The translations under genes and the position numbers were made by a program. Under the pieces are notes generated by a model. It was given only the letters and a program-made list of their open reading frames with translations, was not told where the DNA came from and ran no database searches. Of a DNA stretch of 64,000 nt, positions 54,642-64,000 are shown piece by piece (within the stretch, counting starts at the first letter, position 1; each line of letters starts with the position of its first letter). The stretch comes from Macrostomum hystrix (lineage: Eukaryota; Animalia; Platyhelminthes): the NCBI GenBank assembly GCA_950097015.1, contig CATNEN010000013.1, positions 62,001 to 126,000 of the forward strand. Reading direction: 5' to 3'.

Positions 54642-56370
54642 TCAGTTGGCCAAGTAGATCACCTGGTGACGCTCCATCAGTTCAATGTCGCGCTCCAGCT
54701 GCTTCATCTCGCTCTCGATGCGCTCCTTGCGGTTCTTCTTGGGCACTGTGTCTGTCATGACGCTGAGCGACTGGTACTGATGGTGCAGCTCCTCCCAGTT
54801 CTTCTTCAGGCCGAACACGATCGCCTGCCGCTCCTCCTCCGTCAGCTGCTGCATCGTGCCGCGCCGCTTCATCTCCTTAACGTAGTTGTCGTACTCCTCT
54901 TGGGCGCGCCGGATCTCGTCGGCGCGCTTCTTCAGGTACTCCGGCACCTCGCCGTAGTCCTTGCGGTTCCGGTAGACCGGCTCCAGGCCGCTGGGATCGA
55001 GGGGAAACTTGTCGCCGTGGCGCGTGTCAACCAGATTCTTCTCGGGCTTCTTGGCAACAGACAGGATGTTCTCGACTGCGTTCTGCGCAATGAAATTCTT
55101 CTTGGTCTTGATGCCCATTACTGGGGGCGCGTCCGTTGACTTTGGCACAGGCGGCCGGCGGGGCCCACTTGACCTGTCGTGCTCATTAGGGTCAACGACC
55201 GCTGCAGAAGAGGTTGGAGATTGTAATTAATATTACCATTATTGGTTTCAAAGGTAATCGCCACTCACCAACTGGCGGCTTGGTCTCTCTGGTGTGCTTC
55301 TTCAGAAATTCATTGGGCTGCGGCACGGGAACCTGGGCCTCGCCCATGGTCCTGTGCGCGTACCGGTTGGCTGCGTACTCATCCTTCACGTTGGACTTGA
55401 ACCTGGACTGGTGCCTAAAATTAAATTAATTTTTCGGTGGAATCTTAACTAATCGAGGCTAGATCAAATGATCTACATACTTTTAATTTTCTTAGATGAA
55501 ATATCCTTTTTTGCAGCTAATAAATTCTCAAGAGTAGTTTTAGTAATATAAAATATATTCACACCTAGACTTTGAGATTTAGACACAAGTTTCATTTATA
55601 CTATCTAATACAAATGCGTTTAGATTAAAAAAACAAATGCTTTAATTCCCTGAATTTGTGATTCGCACATTAAACAAAAATTATGTTACTCATTGTTTCA
55701 AAAAAAACTATACTATATTATTGACCTGAAAATTATAGTTTCTTCTGTTTTTCATAAATAACTTAAAGTTTAGATAATTTAAAACAAATATATGAATATA
55801 AGTAAATTTTCTTTTAGTGTAAAGAAAGCTGTTTTATTACTTCAATGAAATACAACTTCATAATACTCATACGCTCATAGTAAAAAATTCTCAATCAGTG
55901 GAATTATACACTTTAGCTCTAGATACACTATAAACATATATTTATTGCTGTTTATATGTTGTTTATATTTTATATTTAAAAGTTAACGCTTCAAATTTAA
56001 GCAATTTTTTTCGAAAGTCCTTCACAACCGTAAAATACATTTCTCTAAGTTTTGGTAATTTAAACCTATGCTATTGTGTTTATGGGAACAAACTGTTGTG
56101 AGAAAATTGATACTGAAAAATCGTTGTATTTCTAATTGCTTTTATGATCACTATACATATCTGAAAAAATGCAATCAGATTGACAAACTGATATACAGGC
56201 CCTTCAATCTAAAGTAAAATCTACATTTTATAAACGTAATTAAGCTAGTTAGGCTTTCGAATAATAGTATTCACTTCAAGCAGATCTTAAGATACTTACT
56301 TCGGTGGCTTAGCTGCTGCGACTTCCTGGCGAGGAATCAAATTGTAGATATTTTCTGTATGGCTGCTCAT
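54642..56370 (-). CDS. ENKUR: Enkurin (ciliary microtubule inner protein)
   Basis: Exons 56370-56300, 55414-55269 and 55201-54642. ENIYNLIP, TMGEAQVPVP-P-EFLKKH, PVMG--TKKNFIAQNA, KDYGEVPEYLKKR, GLKKNWEELHHQYQSLS and LERDIELMERHQVIYLAN. Confidence 0.95.
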
Positions 56371-58575
56371 CTTTGCTTTCGAAGAGTAAATCAATGCGAA
56401 AGATGAAAAGTGTTTTTGAATCCAGAACGCGGTAAAGTTAGTAATTTTAAACTTTTTAAAATAGGTTTTAAACTATTTGCAATTTGCTTAGATACTGAAC
56501 TCATTTTGTGCATAAACAAGATTATTTTATTAAAACGATTAATTATTAAATTGTAGCAAAATATATTAGATTTACAACTTTATTTAAACATCCTAGAAAA
56601 AAATATTTTTTTTCATTTTGTTTTACTTAATAGTAGCAAACACTCCGCGTAAAGGGGAAACCCGGAGTATGATTAGATATTCGTAATATTCTATATATTC
56701 GTTAGTTTATTTTTCTGAAAAAAGGATTAGTATCATTTCTGCTTCAATATTATATTACATTACATCTCAAGATTCTAAATTACAACAAGAGTTCCACAAA
56801 CCTAAGTATTTTATTAGAAGAAGTTGCAATTAGTTCTCTACAAAGTAAAAGCAGCATGAGTTCTAGAAAAAGATTATTTCGACGCATATTCGTATAAATA
56901 TTTGCATTTAAACAATATTCGGCATAGGCTTTATTTGTTTATTTCATTTAAATAAAGAAACTTTATTTCTTTGTGCGCGTGTTGCTGTACGTGATGTGCA
57001 CATTACAGCATGTTTTGGTTTCTGTGGCTTTTATCGACATAGGTGTTAAAGCTTGTCCAACTACTCAAAAATCCAAATGAGCAGCTGCATCTTATATGCG
57101 GATAGTCGTATTTGTCAGTTTTCCAACGCCTTAAATGCTCAGTACATGTAAGGATGCACTTTCTGATGAGTGATACAATCAAAACTTTTTAAGACAATGA
57201 TTGGAAAACCCCGAATATATTTTTCAATCCCTCCGGACCCATCCATCCCTTCTCGATCCCCTGTCTCATCCATCCCACTGTCGTCTCATCTCTCCTCTAT
57301 TTTTATCTTAGCCGTCTCAAATCCCACCCTGTCCCATTTGCCTATGGGACTCAATCTATTCTTATCTTATACCTATTTACTAATGACAGATGCAAAGGAT
57401 TCATATCCTGCTGGCTAGCTTGTTTGGAGGCGAGGAAAAAGTTGAAACACAAAAATTTCCCGCTTCCAGGCAGCCTCTACAACGATATTCACTTAATAGT
57501 CTACTGCCTTATTAATTTAGACAGTTTAAATCAGTAAAGAAAGTGATCGGAAACTGCTAAACACTGCAAGACTTGTCGAGTTTGAGTACATATAATGCAG
57601 TGAAATCAGATGAGAATAAACTTAGGATCACCAGGTAACCGGAGCCAATTAATGATGAGATGACAATTGTGCGCCATCAAGGCTAATTAAGAGACTAATT
57701 ACAAGAAGCGGCAAGCCAAAGAAATCGTTGTAGGAAAAAAGCTGACAAAAACTCCGCCAGTAATTTGGGTTTCTGAGGTCGGGTTCACCTCCTCAGGCTG
57801 CTTTCACTTAATTTGCAGAAAAAAATTCCACCTTTACGGCCCACGAAGCACGATGGCCTGTGTTCCCTTCCGATGCTATTTTTTGCCTAATCAGAATTAT
57901 TTCCCCATTTTTAGTCTTCTCCTTATGGCGGAGCTGTCATGCAAACTGCAGCTTCCCTACTGCAGCCTCGTCATCATCTTTATCCGTTTTCTTGGCGGGA
58001 TTTTTCTCCTCCTCTACAAAGAAACTGTATCTGGTCCCGTCTCTTTTTTCCTTGCTCCCGGGCCAGATCCCTGCTTTTTTCTGCAACCCACATCGTCCCT
58101 ATATAGCTTCCATTGAGGACTGGGATTTCAGGCCAGCTTAATTATGCGCTTTGGCGGCAAGGCCAACTCCCAAGCCGCCAAGGGTCTCTCTCTGAAGTTT
58201 TTCCGCCGCAAAACTGGCGCTCGCTTTCCTTTCTCTCTCTCTCTACCTCAAGCAGCCGCAATGTCTGCTCCGCAATAGTCGGCTCGACTGGAGGGGACGG
58301 AGGGAGGGGGGTTGGCGGGCCTTTTGGGGACGTGTCGAGACAAGAAGAAGCGTCTCAACCATGATCCACCCGCCGGAAGCCGTCCCGCCAGCCCATTGGT
58401 CGCCGCATCCAGCCAATCGGAGCTCGCTTCGAACGGAGATTCTGGCGGCACAGCTAGACAGCCATAGACGAAGATAAATGCTTTTTAAAATCGAGACCAG
58501 CTCCTCACTGTCTGCTTTGTAGCCAAACCTCTGTGTCCCTGTGTCATCTTTCCTCGCTATCTCAAGAGCGTCATC

Positions 58576-59355
58576 ATGGCCTTTAACGCAGCCGCTGAGA
58601 GCAGAGCCATTGCCGGCGGCTACTTGCCGCCACCGCCGCCACCGCCACCGCCGCCTCCGTCGGGGCAACTGCCGCAGAGGCAGTCGCATTTGCACGGCGC
58701 CGGCGGTCCGTTGTCGCACCCGCACCATCCGACATCATCGCATCTTCATCAGCCAACACCGCAAGTGCATCCGCCGCCGCCGCCGCCGCCACCGCCTCCG
58801 GCCGCATTTTTCTGGCCGCTGAGCTACCCAGCCGCTTATCACCACGCTGCAGCGCCAGACCTGGAGAATTTCTATCGGTTTGGCTACCACGGCGCTCTGC
58901 AGATGGGAGGCGGCTGCGGCAGCGGCGGCAGCGGTGGTGGTGACGTGGCTAGTAGCAGGAAAATGTCAGAGATGCATCTTGACGCTTCGGCAGGCTTTGG
59001 CGGCTTTGGCTGCCATCCTGGCGGTCAGCACCAGCTGCAGAACCAGCACCAGCACCAGCAGCACCAGCTGCAGCATCCGCAACCTCAGCAACAGCAGCAG
59101 CAGCAGCAACAGCAAAACATGGACACACTAAAAGTCATGGGCGGCATGGGCAGCGGTGGCAGCCGGGACGATCGCTGCAACGATGACAACGCCGACATGA
59201 GCGGAGACCAGGTCGACGACGACTGCGGAGCCGACGGCGACATTAGTGGCGTCGACGGCGGTGACGGAGGTGACGGCGGCGTTGGCGGCAGCGGCGTTGC
59301 TGGCGGCATGGAGGGACCTCCATTCCGAGGCTTCAAGTGCAAAATCTGTCACCAG
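58576..59355 (+). CDS. First coding exon of a probable C2H2 zinc-finger transcription factor (partial)
   Basis: 260 codons with poly-Pro/His/Gln/Gly tracts, ending in FKCKICHQ followed by a GTAAG donor (first half of a C-x2-C finger). I did not identify the downstream exons in this window. Confidence 0.65.
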
Positions 59356-60671
59356 GTAAGATAAAATGGTCTGTTTAGCACCGTTGCACTGAATCTTGCT
59401 TACTTTTTTGTCGCAATTTGATTGAAATTTTCAATCGGCATTCACAAATCCGTCGCAGCTCAGTCATTTCCGTTTCCTCAGCAGAGCCAGACACTGAAAA
59501 AACTCGGTTTCGGAGCCAGTTGTAAATTTTTTCAGTTTTCTCAGACGAATTAGTGAGTTCTTCTGTTCTAAACGCAGGTTTTTCAACAAATTCTTCCAAC
59601 AAGAAATTTAAATCTGTGCAAGAAAAAGTATCATCAGAAACACTGGCGCCAGAGGCTGAGTAGGGAACCATTTGTTAAGCTTTTTATCTCCGCGCGGCTT
59701 GCGGAAAACTGTACGGATGACAACGGCGCTGATTGACAGGATGGGGCAGGCTGTTTGAGTGCTTTGACGGGTGACGGCAGCAGTTGTGTAGAATGGTGAA
59801 GCATAAAAAATATAATGCAGAACTATTCACAGCAGCAGCAGCCGTATCTCTGCACTGCTTTTCGAAGTCAATGGACCGAACGTGGTCAGGTTCTGCAGCA
59901 ACTATAGTCAGCATCACAGCAGCATCTGTATGTGGGGTAGAATAGGATTGAAATTTACGCACAAAAACACACTTCAGCACCACGACAATGCTATGAGGAC
60001 ACAGGTGCGTTTAGCATAGATAGCAACAATAATTTGGCGTGACCATTTGTTTAGTTCTCAGGGAATGATGATTGTCTTTGTCCCTAAACTCTCAGCTGAT
60101 GCTCAATAACTACGAGTTATTAAAAACAGTTATTTAGGCTTCTGCAGGGTTTGAACTCAGGACCTCGACTAAGAATAATTCAGTTACAGGATCTTCTATA
60201 GCATGGTCTTTGTTCTCTTTGTTCGGCTTTAATATGCACGACTGAAGACTTTTGTTAAGATGTTGAATGCTTTAGAATTAAACTTTTTGAAAAGCAAGCT
60301 GAATTAGTCGGCCAAACTCGGCCTTCGAGCTCAACCGTTGGGATGTGGGAGTCAGGGAGGAGGTGTATGTGGGGGTCGATTTGATTGACAGGAGCGCGTG
60401 CATGCGAGACAAGCTCATGGCATGTGGGACCAGGCTAGCCCAGCAGGTCCAACTACTGTCTGCGCAACGCGAGCTGTGAGATTTCGTGAATCATTCAATA
60501 AAAAGCTCAGCTATATGAAAACTGCTTTTCTTTGCGACAGAAAACTCATGCAGGAACATGAGGGACCCGGGTATTCGGACATGACTAAAATCTGTGATTA
60601 ACACACAAGGACACCACCTGCACTTACTTCCCTGCATCTAGGCCTGCCCAGCAAGACCAACAGCGGATTCC

Positions 60672-62421
60672 CTTGTCGAATTCCCATCCAAGTGGGAGTC
60701 CTTGGGCGGATTCCCAACCAAGTCGGATTCCCAATCAAGGCGGATTCCCAATCAATTCGGATTCCCAATCAATTCGGATTCCCAATCAATTCGGATTCCC
60801 AATCAATTCGGATTCCCAATCAATTCGGATTCCCAATCAATTCGGATTCCCAATCAACTCGGATTCCCAATCAATTCGGATTCCCAATCAATTCGGATTC
60901 CCAATCAATTCGGATTCCCAATCAACTCGGATTCCCAATCAATTCGGATTCCCAATCAATTCGGATTCCCAATCAATTCGGATTCCCAATCAATTCGGAT
61001 TCCCAATCAACTCGGATTCCCAATCAATTCGGATTCCCAATCAACTCGGATTCCCAATCAATTCGGATTCCCAATCAATTCGGATTCCCAATCAATTCGG
61101 ATTCCCAATCAATTCGGATTCCCAATCAACTCGGATTCCCAATCAATTCGGATTCCCAATCAAATCGGGTTCCCAATCAATTCGGATTCCCAATCAATTC
61201 GGATTCCCAATCAACTCGGATTCCCAATCAATTCGGATTCCCAATCAAATCGGGTTCCCTGGGCGGATTCCCAATCAAGTTGGGTTCCCTGGGCGGATTC
61301 CCAATCAAGTCGGGTTCCCTGGACGGATTCCCAATCAAGTCGGGTTCCCTCGGCGGATTCCGAAATTAAGTCGGGTTCCCTGGGCGGATTCCCAATCAAG
61401 TCGGGTTCCCTGGGCGGATTCCCAATCAAGTCGGGTTCCCTGGGCGGATTCCCAGTCAAGTCGGGTTCCCTGGGCGGATTCCCAATCAATTCGGATTCCC
61501 AATCAAGGCAGATTCCCAATCAATTCGGATTCCCAACCAAGTCGGATTCCCAATCAAGGCAGATTCCCAATCAATTCGGATTCCCAATCAAGTCGGGTTC
61601 CCTGGGCGGATTCCCAATAAAGTCGGGTTCCCTCGGCGGATTCCCAAATTAAGTCGGGTTCCCTGGGCGGATTCCCAGTCAAGTCGGGTTCCCTGGGCGG
61701 ATTCCCAACCAAGTCGGATTCCCAATCAAGGCAGATTCCCAATCAATTCGGATTCCCAACCAAGTCGGATTCCCAATCAAGGCAGATTCCCAATCAATTC
61801 GGATTCCCAATCAATTCGGATTCCCAACCAAGTCGGATTCCCAACCAAGTCGGATTCCCAATCAAGGCAGATTCCCAATCAATTCGGATTCCCAACCAAG
61901 TCGGATTCCCAACCAAGGCAGATTCCCAATCAATTCGGATTCCCAATCAATTCGGATTCCCAACCAAGTCGGATTCCCAATCAAGGCGGATTCCCAATCA
62001 ATTCGGATTCCCAACCAAGTCGGATTCCCAATCAATTCAGATTCCCAATCAATTCGGATTCCCAATCAATTCGGATACCCAATCAATTCGGATTCCCAAT
62101 CAATTCGGATTCCCAATCAATTCGGATTCCCAATCAATTCGGATTCTCAATCAATTCGGATTCCCAATCAATTCGGATTCCCAATCAAATCGGGTTCCCT
62201 GGGCGGATTCCCAATCAAGTCGGGTTCCCTGGGCGGATTCCCAATCAAGTCGGGTTCCCTCGGCGGATTCCCAAATTAAGTCGGGTTCCCTGGGCGGATT
62301 CCCAATCAAGTCGGGTTCCCTGGGCGGATTCCCAATCAAGTCGGGTTCCCTGGGCGGATTCCCAGTCAAGTCGGGTTCCCTGGGCGGATTCCCAGTCAAG
62401 TCGGGTTCCCTGGGCGGATTC
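60672..62421. repeat. 17-bp satellite with interspersed 30-bp derivative units (~1.75 kb)
   Basis: Units ggattcccaatcaattc (17 bp) and ggattcccaatcaagtcgggttccctgggc (30 bp). Confidence 0.97.
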
Positions 62422-62898
62422 ACTAGTCGCATTTTACATAGGTCTCTTTATGGCTCATTTAATCAGTAAAATTCTAAGCGCAAGGACCAGTAAACCCACT
62501 GGTTAACACTGACGATGCCGAGCTAGCAGATTTTTTAAATTATTTTATAAAGTGAAAATAAATCGCTGGAAATCACGTTTTGTTTAAGACCTGAGCGGCA
62601 TGAGTCAGTTTACTGATGCTGAATGGACTCAGGTAAGAAGCAGACAGACAGTCTGGAAGAAATGCAGCAGCTATAGAGACTCTAAGCTCTTTGTTACTAT
62701 CGGGGGGTCGTTTAAGTGGAGAGAGACAGCAAATTTGAGCTAAATTTGTTGCTTATTGCTCATCTGAGTCTTCAACTGTCCGACCGTACCTTGAATTCCC
62801 TTTTCTTCTCAAGCACATTGCTTGTGCACTTAAATTTAAGAGGCCTCTAGAATTAACTTGTCTGCATCTCAGTCAAAAGTGGCCAGGCAGTCATCTGT

Positions 62899-62930
<32 letters not shown>

Positions 62931-64000
62931 TCTGGTCCGGTGGTGAAAGGCAAACAAACCGCTTCTGACATTTATAATGTTATGGCCTGTCTCTCTAGTG
63001 TCACCGAGATTTCAACATCTCAAATAGTTTCAATGGATTTATTGAAGAATTGAGGCTTTTGATAATAAGGCGTCACTTGAAATCGGGAGAAATTGTTGCA
63101 TGCGGCTGGTTTTGCTTTGAGATATTTGTGCTTCGACAAATATTCTAGTGAGCAAAGCCACGAATAGCTAAGTGGAGTTTGAGCACACAGTTTGCATAAT
63201 GATAATGATCAAACTCATTCTCCACAGCTAGCATTGTGTTCCATTATTAAATCTTAAAGGGAAAACTGCTGTATAGGCTAAGGTCCTTTCAAGCCCATTG
63301 ATCTGTCAAACTTGTAAATCACCGGTAAGGAACTCACTCATCTCGTACAATACTGCATGGATGATTTGTGACACAATCACTAGGCTCAGCTGCCAACTGT
63401 GTAGGGAACTCAGTCGTTAATAATAATAATACTAATTCTGATGGTCTAGCGAGGGAGCCGGGGATAAGTGGGTCGGGGGGGCGACTGTGTTGAGCCCCGG
63501 GGGGATTTCCTATACTAGAGAGAGACTTCGCCTGTCTGACAGCTGTCCTTGGACCCTCGGATCCAGTCTCCGTACATGGCGGCTCCGAGATACAACTGTT
63601 GAGAACTCGCAGACTCCATCCCGGACAGCCATAGCAATCAGACAGGTTGAGATGGTTGATGAGGGCATCTAAAGCTAGAGCTAAATCACATTTGATAAAT
63701 TATGTGGGATACGGGATTTGCTCGGTGAAAAAATAGCGGGAAATTTCTACTCATTTTAAATGTTGCCGTTGCTAAGGATCAGGGAGTGATTAGGGTTTGG
63801 ATTACTAAACTAAAATAAACTCCCGGTGGTCAGGAGTTCGAATCTCAATACAAGGAAACAATGAATTTTTATTGCCTCCTAGGGCAGACATTTGACGCAG
63901 CATTTTATCACTTACAGCATGACATATTTACACACGCTTGTGCCCAAATATACTTCATCCAAAAGGAACACACAAATAGTCTCATACACTCCAATCTTAT

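Noticed and set aside
60673-62432. Long ORFs in several frames across the 17/30-bp satellite
   Set aside because: They are open because the unit lacks stop codons. The same applies to ORFs over the arrays at 13.2, 14.8 and 52.8 kb.

Overview
This is animal (eukaryotic) genomic DNA with spliced genes, AT-rich introns, many minisatellites and poly-Ala/poly-Gln proteins. The style suggests a free-living flatworm such as Macrostomum, but that is inference only. I can support 11 host protein-coding genes, with exons reconstructed by eye: a partial NWD1/NWD2-like gene with a very long repetitive N-terminus, ELAV, an orphan class-A GPCR, LAMTOR1, CCDC124, a ZMYM/QRICH1-like DUF3504 gene, RBBP4, PSMC3, AP3M1, Enkurin and the first exon of a probable C2H2 zinc-finger factor. 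There is also a MITE family, tRNA-derived SINE-like copies and about a dozen tandem arrays. The most unusual structure is a ~4 kb Foldback-like palindrome at 25569-29545. Its inverted arms are built from a 176-bp repeat and enclose a complete 716-bp LTR, a tRNA-His primer-binding site and an uninterrupted capsid-only gag ORF. The ORF's C-terminus is encoded by an inverted copy of its own LTR start. Also notable are a co-oriented, operon-like run PSMC3-RBBP4-ZMYM-like-CCDC124 and a predicted GC-AG intron. No database searches were run.
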